Part shown: positions 20,052-30,543 of the stretch, one piece after another
How the letters are laid out: every line of letters starts with the position of its first letter
Numbering within the stretch: position 1 is the first letter of the stretch
Source: an uncultured delta proteobacterium
GTDB lineage: Bacteria; Myxococcota; B64-G9
Assembly: GCA_963754925.1 (NCBI GenBank)
Contig: CAVWHX010000007.1
Span: forward strand, 224,001-288,000
Direction: 5' to 3'
DNA: 64,000 nt
Made by a program: the position numbers and the translations under genes
Notes under the pieces: generated by a model
Databases searched by the model: none
Seen by the model: the letters and a program-made list of their open reading frames with translations, nothing else
What the model was told of the DNA's origin: nothing

Positions 20052-21982
20052 TGATCATTCTTTTCAGGAAAGTTTTTTGTGCTGATAATCTCACGGATAA
20101 TCTCTTGCTTGGGTTCATCAATATACATATTGTCTGGATAGTAGCCGATGTGAAGCGCACCCTCAGCGACCAAAATCTCAAGCCAGCGCTTTATTTCTTG
20201 TGATTTGATCCACCGTTTTTGTTTCCAGTCATAGGACTGCACTTTAAAAACCGTTCGATTCAGGCCATCGGGAAAGGATTTTGCACTGCGGACCAAAGAT
20301 CTCAGCCACTGATCAACATCGGAGACCCCTTCCATGCGCGGGTAACTCATAAGCACAACCCGGTCATAATGCTGCAGGCTCTTTCCAAAGTTCTGAGCAT
20401 ACCATTCTTCGCTTTTGGGAGCGGTAAGCACCGAGGCATACAGCGTTCTTGCAAACACTACAAGCGGCTGATAACGCCTGACCGCGCGTTTGATTTGCTC
20501 AGTTAAATCTATCAAAGTGTCGGTTTTCAGTTCTACCCAGCGTTGCTTTTGTTGAGCGCTTAATTCTGAGAAACTAATCAATTTACCTTCAGAGATCTTC
20601 AGGTATTTCGATTGCGCTTCGGGGTGAAAATCTTCGAAGTCGTTAAGATAACCGTCGTCTTGAAAAACAATGCCGTCAATCTCCGCATGGATGGCCAGAT
20701 CTTCATACAACGTGCTAAGCTTCTCACGCGCTTCTGAGCTAAACGGCGATAAACGTTGATAGAACGAGGTTGATTTGCCGATCCGACCCGCGCGAAGCTC
20801 ACGGACACGCAAACGATCGGTAACCGCCTCATCAGGAAGGACAATGCTCAGCATGGGCATCCAGGCATAAACCTTGATCCCTCGCCTCCGCAATTGTGTA
20901 GCCACATGGTTGAACAGATCAGTTTTGGTAGGTAAAACGCGGTTGGGAAAGTACACCGAGGCGATATTGCCGGTGCCTTCGACATCACAAAACGCTTGGA
21001 GATAAACAATGTTGGGTTTTATCTTCAACAACCGATCAATAAAGGCATCGACATTCTTTTTCTGAGCGTCGCGATCGTTATCGAGCAAATGATCTATATC
21101 AGCATGGACGATGCGTTCACGATCCGTTTCGACAAAACCTTTCTTGTAGTCCTTTATGAAATCGCGCAGTGAGAGGTTGTCGACCATCATGGTGCGCGGG
21201 ACCGTATCGAGCGACTCCAGGTTTCCGAAGCCGTCATCGAGGTTCATCATGATCTCAAAACCCGCGCGCTTTGCCTCCTCAATATTAAATGTGTTGTATT
21301 TTCCATAGGGCCAGACCATAACCCTGGGTTTTATTCCGAGTTTCTGTTTCAATATGAGATAGGAGGATCGAAAATCATTATAAAGACGCTGTCGATACTC
21401 CTTTTCTGATTCAATCCGATCCGAGGACTGGAAATACATTCTTGCATAGTTCGCCGGAGAGGTGTCACCGTATGAGTCAACACCTATGCTGTGGTGCAAG
21501 TCGTTGGAATGGCTTGCAATCTCGACAAACCCCGATTCAACAGCCTTTCTAAGATGCTGCCATTTCATCAGACCATACCGTTGCTCCAACTCTGGCAATG
21601 GATTATCCAGCCAGGATGTCACTACCGCCCAAACGGCCGGGATATGGTAGAGCTCCAGCACGGGTAGGACTTGTTCAAATTGACTCATATACCCATCATC
21701 AAATGTCAACAACACCGATCGGCCCAAAAGCGGCTTAATTCCCTTTCGGGCGGCTAGGAGATCGTCAACCGAAATGAACTGCCACCCCTCGCTTTTCAGA
21801 AACTCGATCTGTTGGATGAACGAGGCTACACCGACCCCATAACGGTCGTTGATTTGCACTTTTAAAGGAACGTCATGGTAACATAACACTAAAAAGCGCG
21901 AATCTGGCTGATCCGCCGCCATCACGCTCGCCAGAGGCCAGAACCATACGAAGAAAAATAAAATAAAATAAATTTTTTTCAC
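20048..21982 (-). CDS. pgaB: PNAG N-deacetylase (CE4 plus GH153)
   Basis: LCYHD, LTFDDG, ASHSNDLH and WPYG motifs, then VYLQAF...YFPNR...GYYPD. Confidence 0.93.
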   Translation of the reverse strand: MKKIYFILFFFVWFWPLASVMAADQPDSRFLVLCYHDVPLKVQINDRYGVGVASFIQQIEFLKSEGWQFISVDDLLAARKGIKPLLGRSVLLTFDDGYMSQFEQVLPVLELYHIPAVWAVVTSWLDNPLPELEQRYGLMKWQHLRKAVESGFVEIASHSNDLHHSIGVDSYGDTSPANYARMYFQSSDRIESEKEYRQRLYNDFRSSYLILKQKLGIKPRVMVWPYGKYNTFNIEEAKRAGFEIMMNLDDGFGNLESLDTVPRTMMVDNLSLRDFIKDYKKGFVETDRERIVHADIDHLLDNDRDAQKKNVDAFIDRLLKIKPNIVYLQAFCDVEGTGNIASVYFPNRVLPTKTDLFNHVATQLRRRGIKVYAWMPMLSIVLPDEAVTDRLRVRELRAGRIGKSTSFYQRLSPFSSEAREKLSTLYEDLAIHAEIDGIVFQDDGYLNDFEDFHPEAQSKYLKISEGKLISFSELSAQQKQRWVELKTDTLIDLTEQIKRAVRRYQPLVVFARTLYASVLTAPKSEEWYAQNFGKSLQHYDRVVLMSYPRMEGVSDVDQWLRSLVRSAKSFPDGLNRTVFKVQSYDWKQKRWIKSQEIKRWLEILVAEGALHIGYYPDNMYIDEPKQEIIREIISTKNFPEKNDQ

Positions 21983-22009
21983 CGCAGAAACCTCTTCGGT
22001 GTTGCTTAC

Positions 22010-25000
22010 CTAAAATATCATTGAGTATTCAAAAACCAGGCTCCAACCCAAGATGGTGCTTTCTCCATAGTTTCTCTGGAATATTCCGGCGCCGATCATA
22101 AGTCGCTGCGACTCTCCAATCTCATGATTCTGCTCATAATCAACCTTCCAACGATCAGTCAGATGCACAGAGGTTTCTTTCTGCGCGCCAACCTCAGCAC
22201 CAATTTGATCTTTAAACGTATAGCCGATACTTTTGAACCAGACATGGTCGAGCCGCGCCCCTCCATCGAAGCAAAAAAACCAGGATGGGCTATAATACTC
22301 GACACTGGGTTGGGTATTGGTGACGCCTTCGCCGGACAAGATCAACTGGATTTTCCAAGCTGCCCGAGTAAAGACAGTGGTCTCCAGATTAAGATCGGAG
22401 GTGGTATTCCAGTTGGCGTCGGATAGCCGGAGCTCGGTAATGGTTGCCTTAGTTGAGAAGCTTTCGCTGTAACGATAGCGAGCTGACGCGGATAACTCCA
22501 TGCCCTCTACCCCGGCAAATAAAGCCTTGGGAGGCAGTGAGAGAGAATCCGAGTCAAAGCCCAATGAAAAAGAAAAGTGGTCAGAAGGGCTGTAAGCAAC
22601 CCCGGCAGCCCCCCCTGGCAGAGTAGAAAATGCTTCAAATGACAGGTGGCCAAACGTTGACACATCGCGATTTATACGCCAATCCCAGCCTATATTGGCC
22701 ACAAGAACATCCTTGCGTCTATTACCCTCCATCGCAGATTTCCATATCACCTCAGCGTTGAGACTGAGCCTGGGTTGTATAGGCACGTCCAGTTTCGTCG
22801 ACACCGTGTTGCCGTCGAGAAAGGAACCTTGATGGGAGAAGTCCGAATAGACGGTCACTCGCGGCCGCAGTTGCAATTCAAACTGCTTTGTGAGCTGGAC
22901 GTTGTCGTAGTTCTCTGGATTGGAGTCGAAAAGCTTCTTCGCGCATGATCGAGCTGGCTCGAAATCACCCAGTTCGTCAAGCACTTGGCATAATATGCTG
23001 CTTTTTGGTTCCTTCTCCGATTCTATTTGATCGAGGATAGAAAAGGACTCTAAGGCTTTCCGTGGCCATCCGCGGAATTGATAAACGCTGGCTAGATCAA
23101 ACCGAAAGTCGGTATTGAAAGGCGCCAGACGGTGGAGACCCTCGAAATGCTCTTGCGCCTCGGATAGCCGGTCCTGCGAGATCAACCACCACCCCCGTTC
23201 TCGTTGAAGCTCCTCAAGTCTCCAACTCTTTTGACTGACGCCAACCCGGTCGGCCGACGACTGTTCAGATTCCAACTGGTCCAAGATCTTTTTGGCTTCT
23301 GAATAATCGCCTAAAAGCGTTAGGCAGTGCGCCGTCGTTATCCTGAAATCAAACCACTCTTGGTCGTCCATATTGGATCCGTCCAGGGTGGCCTTGCGTA
23401 AGAGTGAAAGTGCTCTTTTTTGCTGTTTACGATCTACAAGTGCCTCGGCCGCACGCCGCAGCAGCCACGCAGGTAGTTCACTGAGATCGTCACCATTGCG
23501 CTCATGGAGATCGACAATAGCCAGGGACTCAATTCTTGAACGATATTCCGGAAGCCCTTCGAGTTGGGCGCGAAGCTGTTGCCAATGGAGCGACCTATTC
23601 AAATCAGTCGCCAAACCAGAACCGGTGCTAGCGATAAATACTTTCGCAGGGCTCACCGATGACAGAGTAAGCAAAATACTAGCCTTATCATTAAGCGCGG
23701 TCTCATCACCAGGCCGAATTTCTAGAATACGCTCCAAAACCTTGATGGCCGCAAAGGGACGTTGCATTCTTTCCAGTAACCGAGCCTTTTCGAAAAGGAG
23801 ATCGATATTACTCGGCTCGTTGATCAGCGCTTTATCTAACAAGGAGTTGGCCTCTTCCAGTTGACCCTGGCCAGACAAGTACCTTGCCAGCGATATGCGT
23901 GACGCGGTATTCAACGGTAGTTCTTCAATGACGTGAATATGGAACACCCGGTCAGAGATCTTAGACAAGAAAGCGTTGGCGCCTTCATAATCGCCCATGA
24001 GGATATGCAAATAAGCGAAACTGCGCGTCATCAGGGTGACATTAGCCTTGGAGATAGCAACTTGCGTCAACTTCTTTTGAGCGGGCTCGATGCGTCCCTG
24101 CTGGAGTAAAATCTCCGCCTGAAAGTAACTGGCCCATTCTGGCCGATCCGCATATCGCTGTTCAATAAACCTGTGGATTTCTTCAGAACGTCCGGCAGCG
24201 AGAAAGGCGGCACACACATGCAGGAAAACCCATGGATCATCGTGGCTGGCGAGATATTGAAGATAGTAGTCAACTGCTAGGTTATACTGCTTCACCTCCA
24301 TGCAGGCTTGAGCAATCTCGAATGTAACTTGATCGGGAATATGGAATTCTTTTGGTATGTTAGATAATTGAGCGACCGCATCACTATAGCGTCTAGCGCA
24401 AACTAATACATGGATGTAGTCGATGAGAAACGAGGGCTCACGATTAGAATGTGCCAGCTGATCCATCCATTCGACAGCGTAATCACAGCGCCCTTGCTGG
24501 GCCAGCTTGAGCGCCTGCTTGCGCTTTTGCTCAAGCAGATATGGTTTGAGCCATACCAAGGATTTGTCGTCAGGTTCGAAGAATTCCTTAACCGGCTCAT
24601 AGTCTTGGCGGATGGCGCCGCGTTTCTGATAGAGGCGCATCAGGTTATCCAAGGCCAGGGAATCTTTGGGTGTTAACTCAAGAACTCGTAGAAGTAGCTC
24701 TCGGGAATGCTCGTAAGATTCTGGAGACTGATCGGCACCGCCTTTGTTTGCAAGATTTATCGCCTGTTGTAGCCAGATTCGAGCCTGTGATTTGTCAAGC
24801 CAAGACTGCTCTACCGCAACCAAGCTTGCCCGCTGCTTGAGCAATTCTTCTGCTTTTGAATAATCCTCAGCCCGCAAGAAGGCGCCTAGGAGAAGATCCC
24901 AGGTGGCTTCATCATCTGGATCATTGGCCAGGATGGATTTATATATCTCCAGTGCTTGCTGGATGTTGTTTAGTTGGCAAAATGAATCGGCCACAGCCAA

Positions 25001-25831
25001 ACGAACCTGCTTTGGAATCGCACAGCTTGGGTCTAGCAACCGATAGCGTTCAACGGCTTGAGAATGCTTATTGGCCCAGTTCAATACTAAAATATGATCG
25101 AAAGCTATCGGCGAGCAGGAGGGGCTAAGCGAGCTTAGTTTATCAAAGATCTCCAAGGATTCAAGCCACATCCCATGCCGAGCGAGGTAAACCGCTTTCA
25201 GACGTAAAACGGTATTTTTGATTTGCAACAGCCATTCTTCTCCCAAGTTATTTCGTCTGGCGATGTTCGCCAGAGTCTCGGATGCGAGTGAGAGCTGATT
25301 CAACTCCAACGAGGTGCCGATGAAATCCTCCAAGGCGCGTGAGTGGTTTGGATCCTCTTCAAGTATTTGTTGGCTGATCGAAAGTGCAGCCTGATGTTGC
25401 TGGATCTTTCGAAAGCAGCTTCCGATCTCCAGCAAAACATAATTTGGAATTTTACAATCTCTCGGCAAGGATTGAAAAACCTCGACAGCTTGGCGGGGTT
25501 GTTCAGCCCAAGAAAGGATAACGATCTGGTCAAAGACCACCCCAAGAGACCAGGCGTTTTTCAGCACCGGTTTAAGAAGGTTGAGCGCTACGTTAGCATT
25601 ACCTTGGCGAGCTATCACCACGGCCAAATGATGAAGCATTCCGTAATACGAAGACTCAAGCACACCCCTCATCCGGCCAAAGACTGTTAAGTCTCGAACT
25701 GCGTCTGCCATGGCAAATTGGCATGAATAGATCAACAAAAAGAAGCTTACGACAAATATTCGAATCCGCATCATCGTAATTAGGTAATTAAAATCCTCCA
25801 CCCAATTCGAGAGTTCGCCCGAATTGAGCAC
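22010..25831 (-). CDS. pgaA: PgaA-like PNAG export protein (extended TPR array plus beta-barrel)
   Basis: First gene of the operon. It has TPRs, RGWPRKA and YYSP motifs and a terminal Phe. The true start may be the ATG at 25774. Confidence 0.8.
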   Translation of the reverse strand: MLNSGELSNWVEDFNYLITMMRIRIFVVSFFLLIYSCQFAMADAVRDLTVFGRMRGVLESSYYGMLHHLAVVIARQGNANVALNLLKPVLKNAWSLGVVFDQIVILSWAEQPRQAVEVFQSLPRDCKIPNYVLLEIGSCFRKIQQHQAALSISQQILEEDPNHSRALEDFIGTSLELNQLSLASETLANIARRNNLGEEWLLQIKNTVLRLKAVYLARHGMWLESLEIFDKLSSLSPSCSPIAFDHILVLNWANKHSQAVERYRLLDPSCAIPKQVRLAVADSFCQLNNIQQALEIYKSILANDPDDEATWDLLLGAFLRAEDYSKAEELLKQRASLVAVEQSWLDKSQARIWLQQAINLANKGGADQSPESYEHSRELLLRVLELTPKDSLALDNLMRLYQKRGAIRQDYEPVKEFFEPDDKSLVWLKPYLLEQKRKQALKLAQQGRCDYAVEWMDQLAHSNREPSFLIDYIHVLVCARRYSDAVAQLSNIPKEFHIPDQVTFEIAQACMEVKQYNLAVDYYLQYLASHDDPWVFLHVCAAFLAAGRSEEIHRFIEQRYADRPEWASYFQAEILLQQGRIEPAQKKLTQVAISKANVTLMTRSFAYLHILMGDYEGANAFLSKISDRVFHIHVIEELPLNTASRISLARYLSGQGQLEEANSLLDKALINEPSNIDLLFEKARLLERMQRPFAAIKVLERILEIRPGDETALNDKASILLTLSSVSPAKVFIASTGSGLATDLNRSLHWQQLRAQLEGLPEYRSRIESLAIVDLHERNGDDLSELPAWLLRRAAEALVDRKQQKRALSLLRKATLDGSNMDDQEWFDFRITTAHCLTLLGDYSEAKKILDQLESEQSSADRVGVSQKSWRLEELQRERGWWLISQDRLSEAQEHFEGLHRLAPFNTDFRFDLASVYQFRGWPRKALESFSILDQIESEKEPKSSILCQVLDELGDFEPARSCAKKLFDSNPENYDNVQLTKQFELQLRPRVTVYSDFSHQGSFLDGNTVSTKLDVPIQPRLSLNAEVIWKSAMEGNRRKDVLVANIGWDWRINRDVSTFGHLSFEAFSTLPGGAAGVAYSPSDHFSFSLGFDSDSLSLPPKALFAGVEGMELSASARYRYSESFSTKATITELRLSDANWNTTSDLNLETTVFTRAAWKIQLILSGEGVTNTQPSVEYYSPSWFFCFDGGARLDHVWFKSIGYTFKDQIGAEVGAQKETSVHLTDRWKVDYEQNHEIGESQRLMIGAGIFQRNYGESTILGWSLVFEYSMIF

Positions 25832-26373
25832 AGCTGTAGTTCTCTATCTTCTTTATTGTGACAAACATCAAAAATATTGTGGTTCCTGTACCATGAAGAT
25901 CCTATATCTCTCATGGATTCAAAAAACCCATGGATTCATCGAATCCTTTGACAGTGGCAGTTTTCAAACAATAAAAATTGCCCTATAACCTTTTACTGAT
26001 AAGAGATTGAAGGAATAAAGGAAACGAAGTTTCTTTTCATGCGATCCGAAATTTTTTAAAGAACTTCCTCAATTGTGCGTGATGTATACCCCCAGCCATA
26101 TAAAAAGTCAACAAACAAGATAGGAATGAAGGTGGAATGAATTATTTTTATAACGGTGTCGTTCGCCATCGATAAAGCGACCGGCGTTGTCAAGTACAGA
26201 TGTTCGTCGAAGCCACCAACTCTATCATCCGTTACCTGTCAATTTCGTAGAAATCTTCCTCAGCCATCGATACGTGCTCTTTGTCGGGCCCTCATTGACC
26301 CGGGCACATGAGAGGTTCCGATGGGAGTGCTACCAAAACTTCGTCTCTCGTATAAACGGGACATGGCGAACAC

Positions 26374-26512
26374 GCAAAACTCGTCCTCATCGAAAACCAA
26401 AGCATTTTTCATGTCGCCTGCACTACCCTACTCCACATTGAAATCTTGCCACATAGTTCCGCTCGCACCACTCTTTCGCCACGACCGATTCAGTTTTCAA
26501 GCTCATTTTTTT
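26374..26512 (+). repeat. ~235-bp repeat, left/central portion; its terminal 16 bp appear displaced to 26157
   Basis: AAAACTCGTCCTCATCGAAAACC...CCTGCACTACCCTACTCCACATTGAAATCTTGCC...CAAGCTCATTTT. TGTCGTTCGCCATCGA lies at 26157-26172. Confidence 0.88.
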
Positions 26513-26516
26513 CATC

Positions 26517-26586
26517 AGTACCGCTATCGGCAGGATAACAATAACTGCTCGTATCTCCGCTGGCATGATTTCCCTTTGTCCAGTAT
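26517..26586 (-). repeat. Orphan 70-bp copy of an internal segment of the FGE gene (36579-36648)
   Basis: AGTACCGCTATCGGCAGGATAACAATAACTGCTCGTATCTCC(G/A)CTGGCATGATTTCCCTTTGTCCAGTAT, with one mismatch. Confidence 0.9.
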
Positions 26587-26839
26587 CCAACCGGTGAAAT
26601 ATTCCTTTAACCAATTTCCCACTTTTTCGTATTGACTTGTTCTTTACTTAAGAGTATAATATCTTGAAATAATTACTAATATGTGATTTTAAACTTTTCG
26701 AAAAAGGGTTAGATAGTTTGAGGGAGAGCTGATGTACCGGCGCCCACCCTGAGCTGGGTAGAAGTGATCGTCGTTTGGGATGATACCGACCAACCGATAC
26801 CAAATCTTCAGTTGGTGACAGTAACCTATGAGGTGATAA

Positions 26840-29464
26840 ATGGTTTTGACAGGAGCTTCGAACGAATCTCGGTTTCTTTTTACGTTGGGCCAGCGAACAG
26901 ATATTCGAGTTTTGAGTTTCCAGATCACCGAGGCCATCTCAACGAATTTTACCATTGATCTTACCCTGGCCTGCGATCGGGTCGTTGCATTTGATGATAT
27001 CGTTGGGCAAAAAGCTTTTCTCACCGTCCTCGGTCACCAAACGGATAGATATTGGCACGGCCTCATACGAGATTTCATATTTATGGAGATAAAGAAACGG
27101 TTTTTTATCTACCACGCCACGCTCGTGCCCGCCTTATGGATGCTCACGCAAGAGCAGGATTGTCGCATCTTCCAAGACAACAACACGCAGCATATTGTCG
27201 AGAAGATCCTTAACGAAGCCGGCCTCACCAGCAAAGAATACGCTTTCAACAACCAAAGCCCTGGCATGACCAGGGAATATTGCGTCCAATATCGAGAGAC
27301 TGATTTCGACTTCATTGCACGGTTATTGGAAGAAGACGGGATTTTCTTCTTCTTCAACCACGACCAAAAAGCTACCACCGTGGTTTTTGGCGATGGGCCG
27401 AGCGCCTACGAACCAATTGATGGTGATTCAAAGGTAACGCTGAGCAAGGCTCCGGGCATGGTGGCGGAGCATGAATTTGTGCGAAGCATTAACTTTTCGC
27501 GCCATGTCCATAGCGGGAAGGTCACGCTCAGAGATTACAATTTTGAAAAACCCGCTTTGGACCTAACCGCCGAGAGAAAAGACAAGGTCTTCGACAATCT
27601 GGAAATTTATGATTATCCGGGCCGATACGGAGACCCATCGACAGGCAAGAACATCGCAACCATCAGACTTCAGAAATCAATCACGTACAAAGACCAGTGT
27701 AATGGCGATAGCGTCTGCCCGCGGTTCGCCCCGGGACGTACCTTCACCCTCAAAACCACCGAGAGGCTTCCCGAATTTACCAAAGAGTACCTGTTGGTAT
27801 CGGTGTCCCATGTTGGGGAGCAGCCCCAGGCACTGGAGGAACTTGCCGACCCCAACACCGTCAATTCTTATCATAATACTTTTAAATGCATTCCCTCTTC
27901 TGTGACCTTTCGGCCGCAGGGTGGCGCCAAAAAGCCAACTATCAGCGGCGTTCAGACCGCCATGGTAGTGGGTCCCGCCAATGAAGAGATTTTCACCGAT
28001 CAGTACGGGCGCATCAAAGTACAATTCCACTGGGACCGCGAGGGGAATAAAAATGATAAAAGCTCCTGCTGGATACGGGTGAGCCAGGTATTTACCGGCG
28101 CGGGTTTTGGAGCGATGGCCGTTCCGCGCATCGGGCAGGAGATGATCGTTGGCTTCATCGAAGGCGACCCGGACCGACCCATCATTACCGGGCGGGTGTA
28201 CCACGGCAACAATCCAACTCCCTACACCCTGCCAGGGGAAAAGAGCAAAACCACCTTCAGGAGCAACTCGACTCCGGGCGGGTGCGGATCCAACGAGTTG
28301 ACCTTTGAGGACAAAAAGGGGAAGGAGCAGATCTACCTTCGCGCGGAGCGTGATCTCAACGAATTCGTAAAACACGATCATGTGGTTGAAGTTTGCAATA
28401 ACGAGATTATTGGCGTCGGCGGAAACCAGGTTGTAACGGTTCGGGGCAACAGTATTGACGAGGTCATCGGCACTAAAACCTGCATGGTTCAAGGCAACCG
28501 CATGGAGACCGTACAAGGAATACAGAACAGCAACTTCATAGGCCTACGACAAGAAAACGTCGAGGGAGTTGACAACCGCTTCGTCCTCGGCACTCAAACA
28601 TTGCTGGTAAAAGGCTCTCGGTCGGTTTGGGTAAACGGCTCGTCGAGCGCTCAAATAGGCACCACGGGAGATAATTGCGAGGCGATGGTCTCGGTGTTTG
28701 GAAAATCGACCATTTTTTCGACCGAGCGTATCAACATCGTTTCCAAGGATGAGATCGTTTTAGAGTGCGGCATGACCAAAGTAGTCATTGGTCCCGATGC
28801 GGTAAGCATCAAAACTAATAAAATATCATTACATGCGCTTGATTCCATAGCATTGAAATCGGACGGGCCAACTTTGGATCTCACCGATGAAGTGGAGATT
28901 GCATCCAAAGCGGTGAAAATCTACGCCAAAGGCTCGTCGGTGGAGCTCGAGACCGATGCCGACATCAATGGCGGCAAGGTGAAACTCAACTGTGGTGCGG
29001 GCCAGGCCAAGGCAGCATCTGAAAAAGATGAGAAATCGAAAACCAAGCAGCTCAAGATACAGCTTCATGATTATGATATGCAGCCGCTTGCCAATAAAAA
29101 ATACCGGCTGATGACCTGCGGCAACAAGTATGAAGGAACCACGGATGGTGATGGGTATCTCAATGAAACAGTTCCCGACGAAGCCGAGAAAGGCCAGTTG
29201 AACGTATGGCTGGATGAATATCCGACCGGCACCCGGCTCAACCTCATCCTCGAAATGAAAGAAGAACTGCCGCCCGCAACATCCATCAAGGGTGCGTTGT
29301 TTCGTCTCAAGAATTTAGGTTACTACACGGCGGAAGTTTCGGACAATCTCACGAACGAAGGCGAGGCGGCGCTGCGCTCTTTCCAGGATGACAACAAATT
29401 AGAGGTAACGGGCGAGCTCGACGAAAAAACAAAGGCCAAAATCGCCGAGATTTACGGCAGTTAA
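26840..29464 (+). CDS. vgrG: Type VI secretion spike VgrG with a C-terminal peptidoglycan-binding domain
   Basis: YCVQYRETDFDF, DQYGRIKVQFHW, SCWIRVSQ and PRIGQE...GDPDRP motifs. The C-terminus reads RLKNLGY...ALRSFQDDNKLEVTG. Confidence 0.95.
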   Translation: MVLTGASNESRFLFTLGQRTDIRVLSFQITEAISTNFTIDLTLACDRVVAFDDIVGQKAFLTVLGHQTDRYWHGLIRDFIFMEIKKRFFIYHATLVPALWMLTQEQDCRIFQDNNTQHIVEKILNEAGLTSKEYAFNNQSPGMTREYCVQYRETDFDFIARLLEEDGIFFFFNHDQKATTVVFGDGPSAYEPIDGDSKVTLSKAPGMVAEHEFVRSINFSRHVHSGKVTLRDYNFEKPALDLTAERKDKVFDNLEIYDYPGRYGDPSTGKNIATIRLQKSITYKDQCNGDSVCPRFAPGRTFTLKTTERLPEFTKEYLLVSVSHVGEQPQALEELADPNTVNSYHNTFKCIPSSVTFRPQGGAKKPTISGVQTAMVVGPANEEIFTDQYGRIKVQFHWDREGNKNDKSSCWIRVSQVFTGAGFGAMAVPRIGQEMIVGFIEGDPDRPIITGRVYHGNNPTPYTLPGEKSKTTFRSNSTPGGCGSNELTFEDKKGKEQIYLRAERDLNEFVKHDHVVEVCNNEIIGVGGNQVVTVRGNSIDEVIGTKTCMVQGNRMETVQGIQNSNFIGLRQENVEGVDNRFVLGTQTLLVKGSRSVWVNGSSSAQIGTTGDNCEAMVSVFGKSTIFSTERINIVSKDEIVLECGMTKVVIGPDAVSIKTNKISLHALDSIALKSDGPTLDLTDEVEIASKAVKIYAKGSSVELETDADINGGKVKLNCGAGQAKAASEKDEKSKTKQLKIQLHDYDMQPLANKKYRLMTCGNKYEGTTDGDGYLNETVPDEAEKGQLNVWLDEYPTGTRLNLILEMKEELPPATSIKGALFRLKNLGYYTAEVSDNLTNEGEAALRSFQDDNKLEVTGELDEKTKAKIAEIYGS

Positions 29465-29500
29465 ATTGTGCGCGCAACCGCGCAAAACTTAGGAGTCACA

Positions 29501-30352
29501 ATGTGCTGGCGTCTATTTATGATAACATTGATATCGGCATTCTCTCTGCCATTCACGGCGTATAACTCTTGCATGGAGGCTTGTGAAATGTTTTCAAGCA
29601 CAGAACGAAGGTTCAAGAATTCTTTTCCTGACATTGATTCTGAAAATAAATTATTTGGTCAGGAAACATGGGGTAGACATGACCTCGTATCAATTGCTTG
29701 GGGTGATCCGCTTACCTTTAAGAAAATCGATGAACCCAAGGAAGTCACGGCATACGATACAATCACTTCACCATCTGATGGAAAGGTTTTTAGTGGAAGG
29801 TTCGTAATGAGTGCAGTTATGAACTATGAATCGATGGGAGCTGCATTCAATGCTGAGTATTTTGTGACTACAAAAAATATCCGCCTTGTCGAGCGTATAC
29901 CACCCTTGCAGGCACCTACTGGTTGGCGCGGCATCGTGCCGGGCGAGTTTGTGTCGCGACCCATTGCTAATAAGGATACGATTGATGACAAGTACCTTAT
30001 CGAGTTTCCTGCCAATAAACCTACCCACTTATATATACGTCCCTTTCCTGACGAATATCCATTTGTTATTGTCATTACAAAGGACGGGGGTTCTCTATCA
30101 ATGACCTACGATAAAAATTACGGAATTTTTAGTTTCCAGACAAATAGCGCAGGCCGTTATGAGATTCGCGTTACCGAACCATCGAAAAGGAGCGAGCGAC
30201 CCATCAAGTATATTTTTTTCACCTGGTGGGATGATAGTCTAAGCAACATGGGGATCTCATCCTACGAATCGTATCGCGTCCTCTGGGGGCGCGACACGGT
30301 TGTTGCACCTTCTTCAAAATCTGATGGCAGCAAAATAACGCCTCCTAAATAA
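29501..30352 (+). CDS. Putative periplasmic/lipoprotein immunity protein, copy 1
   Basis: Signal-like N-terminus, AGGAG RBS, location between vgrG and the effector, and two tandem paralogs. Confidence 0.65.
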   Translation: MCWRLFMITLISAFSLPFTAYNSCMEACEMFSSTERRFKNSFPDIDSENKLFGQETWGRHDLVSIAWGDPLTFKKIDEPKEVTAYDTITSPSDGKVFSGRFVMSAVMNYESMGAAFNAEYFVTTKNIRLVERIPPLQAPTGWRGIVPGEFVSRPIANKDTIDDKYLIEFPANKPTHLYIRPFPDEYPFVIVITKDGGSLSMTYDKNYGIFSFQTNSAGRYEIRVTEPSKRSERPIKYIFFTWWDDSLSNMGISSYESYRVLWGRDTVVAPSSKSDGSKITPPK

Positions 30353-30543
30353 CAAGAGATTGGTAAATCGGAGATGATAGAAATATAAATATGAGACAAT
30401 TTATAATAAGGAGTAACCTGCAATGGTAGCCGAACTTTTTGGATGGTTTCCGGATAAGGTGGTTAACGGTTGTTTAACAAAACTGCCGAGATCTACGGCA
30501 ATTAGTGGCGGGCAACAACGCACCTTATAAAGGAGGCGCAACG

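Noticed and set aside
26517..26586. Snippet as a DGR template repeat
   Set aside because: It copies a region upstream of the VR, is not AAC-rich and has only one non-adenine (coding-strand C/T) difference.
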